Below are positions 37,706 to 47,987 of a stretch of DNA of 64,000 nt, one piece after another; the stretch's first letter is position 1, and every line of letters begins with the position of its first letter. Made by a program: the position numbers and the translations under genes. Source of the stretch: an uncultured virus (IMG/VR IMGVR_UViG_3300045996_002278) (Duplodnaviria; Heunggongvirae; Uroviricota; Caudoviricetes); IMG/VR virus record IMGVR_UViG_3300045996_002278, one strand, 5' to 3'. Under the pieces are notes generated by a model. That model was not told where the DNA came from. It was given only the letters and a program-made list of their open reading frames with translations, and searched no databases.

Positions 37706-39133
37706 CTACGCGTTCCCCGCCAGACCAGCGGTAAAGAAGTTACGGATCGGCATATCCGGCTCGCCGCCGTGGTTCACAACATTGTCGTACCGGTTGAGAC
37801 AAGTCTCCACCGTGTGGTCACACCCTGGAAGCACCGTGACGTCCATCCCCACGGCCGCATCCTCGAGACCGACCAGCATGGTGATGTCATCCCCGTTCCG
37901 GAAGCGGATGGACCCCCGCTGACCGGTGGACAGGATGACCACCCCACCATCGAAGTAGCTGGGGTCATCCACCAGGGCCGGGTGGTCCTGCAGGCTGTTG
38001 ATCGTCAGGGTGGTGTTCCCCACCGCCGCGATAGTGCTGTCGAAGCGAAGCGCCTCGAGGTCTACCTTGCAGGTCCGGGCGTCCCCGAGCATCCAGGGGC
38101 ACTTGATTCCATCCAGGGTGCGTGGGGTTTTGCGCTGGACCAGCTGGGAAGCGGTCTTCAGCTGCAGGATCATGTTGGCGCCGCGGGTCTGAACCTCTGC
38201 GATCTGGGCACGAATCAGGGTCAGGAAGTCGTTGTCCGCAGCTCCCGTGGCCGCCTCTGGGCGGTGAACCCGGTGGACCGTGACCGAGACCGGGGCGGTC
38301 GACACCCGATACTCGCGGAACAGATCAGCAATGACGTGATCGCGAGGAATCTGGAGCACCAGACCCTGGCCTTCTTGGGTCCGTTCCCCGATCTTGATAC
38401 CCTCCCGCAGGAACACCGCCGGTTCATACACCGTGTTCCGGAAGGTGATGGGCACGTCGGCCGAGGTGAAGTTGAACAGTCGGCCAAAGGGTGAGGGCAT
38501 CGTCTGATCGTAGCCAGGATCACCCGGGCAGTTCTGATAGACCGTGATCGGGCCGAACGTCAGGGTGAGATGCTCCGAGACGAACGCGCCCCACTCCATG
38601 TTCTTGACGCCGATGAAGATCGTGGCGGTCCCGTCTTCACGGGGCTTGAAGTTGATGATGACCTCGCCTGAGCCACCGTACCAGTGGCCGCCCGGTCGGG
38701 CCGAGACCCAGACGCCAGTGTGCATGAAACCGGTGTTGCGAGACTTTGTCAAGGACGTGGCCAAGGTGTAGATACAATCCACGTCCAGCCCCGTAAGCTC
38801 GTGCTTGTGGTAGGCCTGACCGTTCCCTGTTCCCAAGGCACCGATGTACCGCAGCTCGTCCATGATGAACACGCCCGAGGTTCCGTTGGCCGGGATGCCG
38901 CCGATCAGGTTATTCGGGTTGAACGCCGGCCAGGGCGCGGTGTCGTGTGGGCTGTACACCGACCCGGTACTCCCGTAGGTCCAGGGTTCCGAGAAGACGA
39001 CCACTCCGACTGGTGCTGGCGTCGGTGCCACCACGAAGTCGTCGGGATCTCCCTGCCACCCATGGAAGAACTCGTACAGTTCTACCGGCTGGCTGTCGGA
39101 GATTGAGGATTCACGCGTCGCTAGAAGTACCAT
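37706..39133 (-). CDS. DUF2163 / BR0599-family tail hub protein with inserted domain
   Basis: QPVELYEF, CPWMLGD..C, YFDGG, PGCDHT..TC..RYDN..NHGG.P. Confidence 0.85.
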   Translation of the reverse strand: MVLLATRESSISDSQPVELYEFFHGWQGDPDDFVVAPTPAPVGVVVFSEPWTYGSTGSVYSPHDTAPWPAFNPNNLIGGIPANGTSGVFIMDELRYIGALGTGNGQAYHKHELTGLDVDCIYTLATSLTKSRNTGFMHTGVWVSARPGGHWYGGSGEVIINFKPREDGTATIFIGVKNMEWGAFVSEHLTLTFGPITVYQNCPGDPGYDQTMPSPFGRLFNFTSADVPITFRNTVYEPAVFLREGIKIGERTQEGQGLVLQIPRDHVIADLFREYRVSTAPVSVTVHRVHRPEAATGAADNDFLTLIRAQIAEVQTRGANMILQLKTASQLVQRKTPRTLDGIKCPWMLGDARTCKVDLEALRFDSTIAAVGNTTLTINSLQDHPALVDDPSYFDGGVVILSTGQRGSIRFRNGDDITMLVGLEDAAVGMDVTVLPGCDHTVETCLNRYDNVVNHGGEPDMPIRNFFTAGLAGNA

Positions 39134-39135
39134 GG

Positions 39136-40320
39136 TCAGGTCGTGGTCGGGGTTTGGCGGGGCAGCTCAATGATCGGAAGAACCGCACGGGCATAGGTCG
39201 GGGTGTCCCAGATGATCTGAAAACTGTCCTGGGCGAGCCGACAGTACATCATGTAGGACACCAGGCCGGAACCCTGGCTGACGTGGATCGCACCACCCGA
39301 GGCGGTCGAAAGGGTCAGGGTCTCGGTGCCGTCCCCATTATCTACCGCAGCGGTCACCCGGCTGTGGGTGATGACGTTTCCATGGGTAACGAACGCCAGG
39401 TGCCGGAAGCGCTCGTGCGGGAAGAATCTGGTGGTGTAGTTGATGTGATGGATCGTCAGGCTCGAGACGTTCGTAATGATTGCGTCGACGGGCATCAGAT
39501 CCATCTGGTAGGTCGGAAGCCAGAAAGGCTTGCAGGCCCCACGCAGGCTAAAGTACCATTCCCGGAGCTCACGTACCTTTTCCCTAGTGTCAAGGAAGAG
39601 GGGGAGGGTAGTCTTCTGCCCTACCGGGAGGGTGCCAAGGTCGTAGTCCTGCCAGGTGTACGTCTTGTTGTCGATCCGTTCCTTGTTGTACTCGAGGTCG
39701 TCGGTGGCGTCCGTGTCCCGGTTGAACGCGGCCACCGTGAAGATGGGAACGGTCGAGACCTGATCAACCCCTGGATCTACCCCGTGCTCGTAGTCGAACG
39801 TGACCTGGACCTCGGAGGCGTTCGTGGTCAGGCGCCGAGTCTGGGGTCCAGAGGTCAGGCGCCCACGCCGGCTGGGAACGAGCTTCACCTTCGCCGCGTA
39901 GGTTCCCGCGACCGTGGTCAGGGTGACCGAGGTATCGGTCTTCGCCGCGATCAGACACTCCTCACAGGTGAACTCGTCCTGCCATAGGACGGCGTAGCCA
40001 CCTACCACGAAGTCCCGGTCCACCGTGTCCACGTTCACCACGACGTTGGACCCGGCCGAGACGGTGGCGTCCACCCGGCGGGCGTCCGGCCAGAAGGGAA
40101 CCGCGTAGGACTCGATCTGCCCGATCAGCAGGTTGTCGATCAAGCCCATGCGGCGGGCGTCCAGGGCGGCGACAAAGTACTGATCCTGCCGCTCCGGGAT
40201 CACCCGCTTCATGGACCGCTGCTCGGTCAGGTTCTTGGAGCGATGGATGGTGGTGAGGTAGTTCCACCGTTCACTCATCGCGTGGCCCCACTGGATCTGG
40301 GGACTAAAGACTCGGGCCAT
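39136..40320 (-). CDS. distal tail / baseplate protein
   Basis: ERWNYLT......EQR, LRG..KPFWLP; lies between the tape measure and DUF2163 genes. Confidence 0.7.
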   Translation of the reverse strand: MARVFSPQIQWGHAMSERWNYLTTIHRSKNLTEQRSMKRVIPERQDQYFVAALDARRMGLIDNLLIGQIESYAVPFWPDARRVDATVSAGSNVVVNVDTVDRDFVVGGYAVLWQDEFTCEECLIAAKTDTSVTLTTVAGTYAAKVKLVPSRRGRLTSGPQTRRLTTNASEVQVTFDYEHGVDPGVDQVSTVPIFTVAAFNRDTDATDDLEYNKERIDNKTYTWQDYDLGTLPVGQKTTLPLFLDTREKVRELREWYFSLRGACKPFWLPTYQMDLMPVDAIITNVSSLTIHHINYTTRFFPHERFRHLAFVTHGNVITHSRVTAAVDNGDGTETLTLSTASGGAIHVSQGSGLVSYMMYCRLAQDSFQIIWDTPTYARAVLPIIELPRQTPTTT

Positions 40321-40323
40321 GGG

Positions 40324-43300
40324 TTATCCCTTTACCATCTGACGCAGGTCTCGGATATGATTCTCCGATACCTTCAGGAAGCTCGCGTTCATCTTCTTGA
40401 TGATGAAGCCCTCGTCCAGACCCAGCTGAAGGAAGCCGTCCAGGGTGGCTGAGGCCGCCTGGTTCTGGACCGCCTTGGCAATCGTGCCGGCCGAGAAGGA
40501 CCCGGCTTCCACGGACCCGACATCCGGGGTCCGCATGGCCTTTGCCAAGCCCGTAAGCCCGTCCGCGGTAATGAGGCCACCCTCCGCGAACCGGGGCAGC
40601 CTGCCGTACCGGTTGATGTAGTCCAGCCGGTCCACCCCGAGCTTGCGGGTGGAGTCGGCGTTCACGATGTACTCGTCGCGGCTCACCTTGGCCAGGATGC
40701 TGTCGGTCTTGGGACCGCCCGGCCCAGAGATCAAGCCCTCCGGCGCGTCCTGGAACGAGCCGCCCGTTGCGAAGCCCATCGGTAGCGCCACACCAAGGAT
40801 GCCCTCAACGATCTTGATCGCCAGCATTCGGGTGATGATGCGGGTAATCTCTTCCAAGATCCCCTTGGCCATATCGCGGAATGCATCGGTCACCTTCTTC
40901 GTGCCAAGGATGATGTCGGACAGGGCGGTCTGGAGGTTGTCGGCAATCGACTCGGCGACCAGATCCCGGAACTTGTTCCAGGTGAGCTCCGTCTGCTTAA
41001 GGTTGTTCTCCAGCTGAAGGATCAGGTTGTTAAACTCCGCCAGGGCAAGCAGCTGCTCCGGAGTCACGGCGATAGCCTGGAGGGCCAGCGCCATCTGCTT
41101 CAGCTTGTCGATCAGTTCCTGGTAGGCAGCCTTCTGCAGCCGCAGCGCCTCGGCGGACCCGATGGCTCCCGACTCCTGGAGCAACCGGATCTGTTCCAGC
41201 TTGGCCTGGAGCTGACCCTGAAGAACTTGGGCCTGCTTGTCGATCGCGCTGAACGTGGCGTTCCGGGTATCCTCGTCAATCAGCTTCTGGATACGCTTCC
41301 GCAGCGCCTCGTCCCCGGCATCAATCGCCGCGGTCAGGGCGTCCATGTACTTCTCACCCGCCTCGAAGGCGGCAGCCGCCATGTCGTTCCCCTGGTTCTT
41401 CAGCTCCTGGACGACTAGGCTGCGGCTGGTCTTGTGCAGGTTCTGCGTCTCGTTCAGGAGTTTCTGCCCCGCGTCCAGGGCCGCCTGGCGACGCTCCGAC
41501 TCCAGTTGCCGAATGTCCGCAAGAATCTTTTCGCGATCTGACGGGTCAGTGGTCGCGGCCAGGAGCTTTTCCTTGAGCTTGATCTGCGCATCAATAGCCT
41601 GCTCCGTGAAGTCCCGGATGGATGTAATGAACTGCCGCTGGGTCAGGACACCGGCGTCGAGGTTGAACTTCTGGACGGCCACGATCTCCTTGAGCGACTC
41701 CTTGATGAAGTCGATCTCCCCCTGGACCTGTTCCTTGAGGGTGCTGAGACCTTCCTTCGCGCCGTTAGCCAGGAGGGACTGGCCGGTGTTCACCGTGGTC
41801 AGGAGGGCGTTGACCCGCTCCCGGCCGTTGATGACCTCACCGTTCAGCTCCCGCAGCTGAGCCCGGAGCCGGATGACGTTGGCCCGGGCCTGCTCCAGGG
41901 GAACCGTCGCCGTCTTCCGATTGAACAGTCCCTCGATGTCGCCCTTCTCCGCCTGCTCCCGGATGCTGGGCTGGCGGCGTGCCGCCTCGGCGGCCTTGAG
42001 GTCGGCCTCAGCCTTTGCCAGCTGGGAGGCGGTAGCGGCGATCCGGGACCGGGTGAGCTGATCCAGGTCCTCAGCCAGCTGGGCGCTGGACTTCCCTTCC
42101 TGGTTCATGACCTCCGCAAAGCCGGTGCCCGACTCCTTCAGCTTCTTCTCGACCTGGAGCCGTTCTTCCTGAAGGCGCTTGATCTCCTCTTCCTTGAGCT
42201 TCCGGTTCTCGAGCGCCTTGGTCAGGGCGATGTACTGGGCGGCCAGTCCCGCCGCCTCGTTATCCGCCTTCACGTTCGCGGCACCGGCCTCACGCATCCG
42301 GCGCTCGGCGTCCTCGGCGGCATCACCCAGGGCAATGATCGCGCCGGCCAGGGCGAGGATACCCGCGATGGCGGAGGTAAACGGCGCCGCGGCAATCGCC
42401 CCGATCAGGGCGGGGAAGCCGAACAGGACGGTCAGGCCGCCGAGGACCAGACCCGTGGCGACCAGGTGCTGGTTCATGAACTCCAGCAGGATGTTGATCG
42501 CCTTAAACGCACCCTCGATGATCTTCACCGTGGCGTACAGGGCACGCGACTCGAGGACGGCCTTGGTGAAGCCGCCCGCCAGCTTGAGGAGTTCCAGGAC
42601 GGTATCCGCCAGGGTGCTGGCCAGGTCGCCCACAGCATCCAGCACCAGGTCAATCTCTTCCTTATTACGCTCCCACATCGCGGCGAGGGATTCGGCGCCA
42701 TCCACGATGCCGGCCAGGGCGTTCCCGGCCAGGACACCGACCCTGCCCATGACGTCCTCGATCATCGCGACTACCGGCTGGAAGGCCCGGGTCACGTTGC
42801 CGGTCTCGAAGTCGAAGATCTTGGCGATGGCCTCGTTGCCGAGCTTCGTCAGGTTATCGAACAGCTGCTTGGTTCCGGCGCCCGCCAGCACTTGGACGGC
42901 TTCCGAGAGGTTGGACTTCATCGCCGTGAAGGTCTGCTGGATCTTGGGACCAGCAACCGTGAAGGCCTCGAACCGGTCGAACAGGGTCTCGAACAGCTTG
43001 CCTGAGGCCGCCGCCGACTTGATCTCCTGGTTCGTGATACGGAGCGCCTTGGCGACACGGCTGTTCCGGTCAATCGTGCCCTCGAGGATGGACCGGACTT
43101 CCTGGTTCAGCTGGTGCATCGGCACGCCCAGGGCACCGGCAGCCTGGACGATCTGGACCGTGAGCTGTCGGATCTGATCAAGGTTCAACCCCGCCGAGAG
43201 ACCGGCACCCACAGCCTGCTGGAAGGCATCCGCGAGCTGCTGGGTTGTGGCGGCGGTCTGGATGCCGGCGATCCGGAGCTTCTGGAGTTGCCCCTCGGAC

Positions 43301-44763
43301 AGGACCAGGGCACGGTTCAGGGCGTTGGTACCCTCGACCAGCTTCCCGTTCTCATCGGTCAGGGTGGTCTGGGCCGTGATCAGGGTGGCGATACCGATAC
43401 CCACCGTCTGCATCGTCTCGTTGAACTTGATACCGGCCGCGATGAAGTCCCGGATCTTATCCGCGATGGCCAGGGTGGCTGCCAGCTGGATCAGCCGGTT
43501 GGTCAGGGCTGAGGCGGTCGAGGCCCCGATCTGCTGGGCGTTCGACATCTGCTGCAGGGCACCGGTCGCGGTGGTTGCCGCTCGTACGAGACGACTAGCC
43601 GCCCCACCCGCCTGGGTCGCGGCCTGGGTGAAGATGCTGGCGGTGGTCCGTGCCGCCTGGGCGGCTTGCCGCGCCTGATTGACAAGGGGCTGCTGTGCCT
43701 GCTGGGCTGCCCGCACCTGGGCGGCGGCCGAGGCACGGGCGGCCTGGACCTGCTCCCGGTTGCTCGAGATGATCTGGGCGAGAACCCCACGGCTCGCCGA
43801 TACCTGCTGTTGCAGGGCAGCAACTACCTGGCGGCTCGATTCGATCCGGGCACGGGCGTTCTCTACGGCGGCACGGATGCCGTCACGTAGCCCCTGGATG
43901 GTGCTCCGGTACACCTCACGGTTGGCCTGAACCTGCTGCCGTCCAGCCTCGAGGACCGAGCGGGTATGGGCACGGGCGCCCTCGATCTGCTCCCGGCGGA
44001 GTGCCCGCTCAGAGGAGATCTGGTCACGAAGGTTGGTCAGGGACTCCCGAGCCAGCCGGACGTTGAACCGAGCGTTCCGTGAGTCGGGATTCCGGAGGGC
44101 GGTCGCCGCGGTCTCCCGGACCCGGCGCCGAGCGTCTTCCAGGGCACGACGCTCGATGGCCCGCTGCTCCCGGTCGTTCGTTCGCAGCGCCTCGATCTTG
44201 CGGCGTTCCCCGTCCAGTACGTTCCGGACGACCTGGTTGTTCGACTCGAGCTGTTGACGGGCGGATCGGGCAACCGCCTGGGCACGGTTCCGGATCGCCT
44301 CAACCTGCTGGATCGCCGTCCGGCGGGTCTCGAGGGCAGCCTGCTTCCCAGCCCTGAGGTCCTCCTGGTTCTGGCGGATGACCTGCTTCTGGGCCTCGGT
44401 GCGCTGGTTCGCGATATTCTTCGCCGCCTCAACCTGTTGGCGGGCGTTATCCTTGGCGGCGTCCACGACCTGCTTGGACCGAAGCTTCTGCTCGGTAGCA
44501 GCCTTCGTCGCGGCATCCGACGCCAGCCGAGCCATCCGCGCCTGTTCCTGGAGCTGGTTCGCATACTGCCGGGCGAACTGGCTGGCCTCGAGCATTGCGG
44601 CGTTGGCTTCCTTGGTCCCGGCGCCAAACTGCTGCATAGCCTGGCCGGCCTTTGCCTCCTTGTCGGCAAGATCGGCCAGCATCTTGTTGATCCGGGCGAT
44701 GAGAGCCTCGGCCCCCTGATCGGTTCCGTCGAACTGAATTGAGATGTTCAGGGGGTTCGCCAT
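40324..44763 (-). CDS. tape measure protein
   Basis: 1479 aa, Ala/Gln-rich and helical; C-terminal FATGG...GPGGPKTDSI...EYIVNA. Confidence 0.92.
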   Translation of the reverse strand: MANPLNISIQFDGTDQGAEALIARINKMLADLADKEAKAGQAMQQFGAGTKEANAAMLEASQFARQYANQLQEQARMARLASDAATKAATEQKLRSKQVVDAAKDNARQQVEAAKNIANQRTEAQKQVIRQNQEDLRAGKQAALETRRTAIQQVEAIRNRAQAVARSARQQLESNNQVVRNVLDGERRKIEALRTNDREQRAIERRALEDARRRVRETAATALRNPDSRNARFNVRLARESLTNLRDQISSERALRREQIEGARAHTRSVLEAGRQQVQANREVYRSTIQGLRDGIRAAVENARARIESSRQVVAALQQQVSASRGVLAQIISSNREQVQAARASAAAQVRAAQQAQQPLVNQARQAAQAARTTASIFTQAATQAGGAASRLVRAATTATGALQQMSNAQQIGASTASALTNRLIQLAATLAIADKIRDFIAAGIKFNETMQTVGIGIATLITAQTTLTDENGKLVEGTNALNRALVLSEGQLQKLRIAGIQTAATTQQLADAFQQAVGAGLSAGLNLDQIRQLTVQIVQAAGALGVPMHQLNQEVRSILEGTIDRNSRVAKALRITNQEIKSAAASGKLFETLFDRFEAFTVAGPKIQQTFTAMKSNLSEAVQVLAGAGTKQLFDNLTKLGNEAIAKIFDFETGNVTRAFQPVVAMIEDVMGRVGVLAGNALAGIVDGAESLAAMWERNKEEIDLVLDAVGDLASTLADTVLELLKLAGGFTKAVLESRALYATVKIIEGAFKAINILLEFMNQHLVATGLVLGGLTVLFGFPALIGAIAAAPFTSAIAGILALAGAIIALGDAAEDAERRMREAGAANVKADNEAAGLAAQYIALTKALENRKLKEEEIKRLQEERLQVEKKLKESGTGFAEVMNQEGKSSAQLAEDLDQLTRSRIAATASQLAKAEADLKAAEAARRQPSIREQAEKGDIEGLFNRKTATVPLEQARANVIRLRAQLRELNGEVINGRERVNALLTTVNTGQSLLANGAKEGLSTLKEQVQGEIDFIKESLKEIVAVQKFNLDAGVLTQRQFITSIRDFTEQAIDAQIKLKEKLLAATTDPSDREKILADIRQLESERRQAALDAGQKLLNETQNLHKTSRSLVVQELKNQGNDMAAAAFEAGEKYMDALTAAIDAGDEALRKRIQKLIDEDTRNATFSAIDKQAQVLQGQLQAKLEQIRLLQESGAIGSAEALRLQKAAYQELIDKLKQMALALQAIAVTPEQLLALAEFNNLILQLENNLKQTELTWNKFRDLVAESIADNLQTALSDIILGTKKVTDAFRDMAKGILEEITRIITRMLAIKIVEGILGVALPMGFATGGSFQDAPEGLISGPGGPKTDSILAKVSRDEYIVNADSTRKLGVDRLDYINRYGRLPRFAEGGLITADGLTGLAKAMRTPDVGSVEAGSFSAGTIAKAVQNQAASATLDGFLQLGLDEGFIIKKMNASFLKVSENHIRDLRQMVKG

Positions 44764-45503
44764 TTAGCCCTCCGGTGTCTGGACGAACAAGGGCAGTTGA
44801 GGCCCGTCGTCCATTGCGTCCTTCTTACGGTATGGTGCCAGGAATGCGTGAATCAGAAGCTGGAGCCTGAACATCTCCATCGCCTCAACCCGCTTGAGAT
44901 GGAGATACCGGAGAAGGAGGTCAGAGATCCGCCACTTGAGGACCCGGGCGATACGATCAGGGTCATACTCGGCCACCTCCCGCAGGGGCACCGTCCAGAT
45001 GCCGTACCGGCGCCCGCGGCGGGTTGGGTTTATTCGACCCGAAGGGATGGCTCGCTCGGGGCTGCTCCCGTCAAATCCAGGGTCTTCAGATCCGGAAAAG
45101 AGTTCAGGGAAAGCCCCGAGGATCGTATCGCGTTGATGAAAAAAGCCGACACCGACGGCGCCAGGTTCTCCATCAACTCCCCCTTCACGAGGGGGTTCTT
45201 CTCCTTCTTGAACAGCATCAGCACTTCCATCGCCTTCTTCTCATCCCAGTCCTCGTCACCCTCCTCGATCATCAGGGCTGCCAGCAGTGGCAGCGCCCGG
45301 CCTGAACTGATGATGCGAAGGGTGGCATTCTGGACGTGGGTACGAAGGGCGACTTCAGGGTCCAGGGTGTCTCCTGGCAGCAGAATCCCGGCGGCATTCA
45401 TCAGGTCCATCACCGCCAGATCTTGTTCGAGCGTGGGCTCTGCTGGGAGCCGAAACTTCCGGCCCCCAGTCAGAGTGACACTCTTCAGTGAATCAGGTGT
45501 CAT
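44764..45503 (-). CDS. tail assembly chaperone pair (G: 45030-45503; GT through -1 frameshift to the stop at 44764)
   Basis: Slippery T TTT TTC at 45144-45138; the -1 frame is open into ORF 44764-44991; position between tail tube and tape measure genes. Confidence 0.8.
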
Positions 45504-45507
45504 GGGG

Positions 45508-46314
45508 TTACGCCGCGATCTCCTGCTCGTAGAAGTAGGGCTCGAGGGCGGTTCCGCCGTAGGTGCCGTCGGAATCGTCGAGTGCCTCGAAGATGAGGCT
45601 CCAGGCGCCGAACTCGTTGGTGATGTACGGCGTCTCGCCGTCGGGGGACACGGAAGCGCGGTACACCAGCACTTCCTTGTTCTCGCCGGCCGTGTTGTCA
45701 GACACGAAGAGCAGCTGCCCCTCGATGACCGCCGTGTTGCCGCCGCGGATACGGGCCAGACCGTCGCCCGCGGTGATCGCCACCGGGGTGTAGTCGATCT
45801 CGATCTCGTCGCCGTCGGTCACGCCCGACGCATCGGCCTTGATGAAGATGATACCGACATCCGCATCGAAGATCGTGTAGTCGGTGTTCAGGACCAGCGC
45901 CATCATGGTGGTGTTGTTCGTCACCGTGACAGAACCGATCTGCCGCTTGGCGGTCTTGTAGTACCGACCCTTGACGGCATCGGTGGTGAGGACCTCACCC
46001 GTGACCGCGGTCGCGGCCTGGGTGTACTCCGTGGTGTCGCCCATGAGGGCGAGCGCCATGTTGAAGATGGCGAACTCGTGGCCGGTCACCTTAACCTGCA
46101 CGGTGCGGCCGCGCATCACCTTCTTCATGGTCTTCACGACGGCGTCCTGCGAGCCCTTGTGCTCGATGACATCGTCGGTCATGCTGATCGTCATGGACGA
46201 GCAATCGCCCAGACGCTCGAAGCCGGTCTTCGCACCGGCCGTGCTGAACCGGTCGAACCAGATCTTGCCCTTGCCCACCTTCAGTAGGGTGGCGCTAGAA
46301 GCCCGAGCTGCCAT
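45508..46314 (-). CDS. major tail (tube) protein
   Basis: GKGKIWF...LGD..., LLFVSDNTAG, SPDGE pattern and gene position. Confidence 0.8.
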   Translation of the reverse strand: MAARASSATLLKVGKGKIWFDRFSTAGAKTGFERLGDCSSMTISMTDDVIEHKGSQDAVVKTMKKVMRGRTVQVKVTGHEFAIFNMALALMGDTTEYTQAATAVTGEVLTTDAVKGRYYKTAKRQIGSVTVTNNTTMMALVLNTDYTIFDADVGIIFIKADASGVTDGDEIEIDYTPVAITAGDGLARIRGGNTAVIEGQLLFVSDNTAGENKEVLVYRASVSPDGETPYITNEFGAWSLIFEALDDSDGTYGGTALEPYFYEQEIAA

Positions 46315-46342
46315 GGTGAATATCCTCCGTCAGAATGCTGGG

Positions 46343-46894
46343 TTAATCCGCGAAGTCGCGGGCGCGGATGGTCAGAACGACGGCGGCGGTGACGGTCGCT
46401 GGGCCGTACTTCTCTTCCACCGGTCCGTACAACAGGCGTTGTGTATCGAACAGCTGAATCCCCTGAAGTCGCCTGTGGCTCCGGGGAGTGTCCTCGTGCA
46501 TCCATTCACGCAGGCACCAGACAGTGGCTCGGGTCAGAAAGTCGGCGTGACGGTTAGCCAACTCCCCATCCGCGTCGCCTGATACCAGTCGAATGGCGAG
46601 GGACATCGCATTAGACTGTCGCCAGACGCTATCCCAGTCAGGACGCTGCACCTGTTCCTGGTAGGGATCGTCAATGCTTACGATCGCATACGGCGTTTCC
46701 GCCAGTTCCATCCCGTCCGCGATGGACCGATCTTGGTACGCGTTCAGCGCGGTCACCAGATCACCGGGACGTTCCGGGTACGTGGGGCCAGCCCCGAAGT
46801 ACCCCTGGGCCTGCATCAGGTCCAACTGCTTGGTGACGCCGTAGGTGGCGTGCATCAAGGCGTCGGAACACAGAATCACGGCCTGCTGAAACAT
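46343..46894 (-). CDS. putative tail terminator
   Basis: Synteny between neck genes and tail tube. Confidence 0.5.
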   Translation of the reverse strand: MFQQAVILCSDALMHATYGVTKQLDLMQAQGYFGAGPTYPERPGDLVTALNAYQDRSIADGMELAETPYAIVSIDDPYQEQVQRPDWDSVWRQSNAMSLAIRLVSGDADGELANRHADFLTRATVWCLREWMHEDTPRSHRRLQGIQLFDTQRLLYGPVEEKYGPATVTAAVVLTIRARDFAD

Positions 46895-47448
46895 CAGCGC
46901 GTCCTTCGCTCGAGATGGCGGATCACGATGTCAACCCAGTCATTCTCCAAGAACTTCGGCAACGGGTCGGGCAATAGCACCCGGGGTGCGATCCTGACCG
47001 GAGTGGTGCGGCGAACGAAGAACAGCCGCTTGTCCGGGTTGATGATCGGCTTGAATTTGCTGGTGAAGCCTTCTTGGGCGGCGATCACCGTAGCAAATCC
47101 CTTCCTCCCGGTTGCCTTACTACCCCAGTGCAACGTCCGGCGGTTAATGACCCTGATCGCATCCTTGCTGGCTGAGGGGCTGGTGAGGCTTCGTTCCAGC
47201 GTCCCTCGCTCGTGCAGGATCTTGGTCTGGACCACGCCCTTCCGGTTCAGCAAGACCTGGGTGGCTGAGGTCCTGGGCGCCCAGGGTTGTCCACCCGCTC
47301 GGCCTTCGGTCTCGAACTGCAACTTGAAGAAGATGGTCAGCGCCTTATTGATCTCGCGCCACGCTGGCCGTAGGTCCTGGAGACGGGTTCGGACCCCCTT
47401 CAAGTAGTCCTGCGCGCCGGGCAGTCCCCGGAGGCGGACCGTATACAT
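46894..47448 (-). CDS. virion morphogenesis / tail completion protein
   Basis: FETEG...W.P, IL...GTL..SL, I.PR..L. Confidence 0.7.
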   Translation of the reverse strand: MYTVRLRGLPGAQDYLKGVRTRLQDLRPAWREINKALTIFFKLQFETEGRAGGQPWAPRTSATQVLLNRKGVVQTKILHERGTLERSLTSPSASKDAIRVINRRTLHWGSKATGRKGFATVIAAQEGFTSKFKPIINPDKRLFFVRRTTPVRIAPRVLLPDPLPKFLENDWVDIVIRHLERRTR

Positions 47449-47915
47449 CAGATCCTCAAGGTCGGCGGCCTGGTATCGAACAGGTCCAGGGGACGAGCCC
47501 AGTGGTTCGGGAACCGCTGCCGGCCATCGTGCGCGAACTTGTTCTTGTCATGCGACTCAAACAGCTTGTTCGTCTTCTGCTGCAGCACCCGCCAGGTGAT
47601 GACCTCAGCGATGACCTGCTTCAGGGTCGCCTTGAGGTTGGCATGCACCTCGGTGTCGTCCGCATCTTCCTTGTAGCCGCGCAGGAAGACGTAGTAGCCG
47701 TTACCGATCGAAGTCGCCTGGCTCGGAACCGACAGCAAGGGATCGCCAATGGGCGAGAGGCTGTAGATCTGCGAGGCGTCGACGTACCGCGTGAAGTGCT
47801 GAAGGACTTCCCGTTCCACGGCCGCGGCAATCGTGGCGAGGTCCGCTGCCGTGCGTACATCCTTCGGCAGGAGGGCCGTATCCGCTGCTTCAGCGACCTG
47901 GAAGTAGGTTGCCAT
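47448..47915 (-). CDS. putative head-tail connector
   Basis: First gene after the major capsid gene. Confidence 0.5.
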   Translation of the reverse strand: MATYFQVAEAADTALLPKDVRTAADLATIAAAVEREVLQHFTRYVDASQIYSLSPIGDPLLSVPSQATSIGNGYYVFLRGYKEDADDTEVHANLKATLKQVIAEVITWRVLQQKTNKLFESHDKNKFAHDGRQRFPNHWARPLDLFDTRPPTLRI

Positions 47916-47934
47916 CGTTGCACCTCATGTGAGT

Positions 47935-47969
47935 CACGGGACGGGCAGGGAGTCCCCACCCGCCCCGTG
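47935..47969 (-). terminator. strong hairpin after the capsid gene (attenuator or stabiliser)
   Basis: CACGGGGCGGGTGGGG-ACT-CCCTGCCCGTCCCGTG; no U tract. Confidence 0.5.
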
Positions 47970-47987
47970 TTACATCACTGGAGAGCC

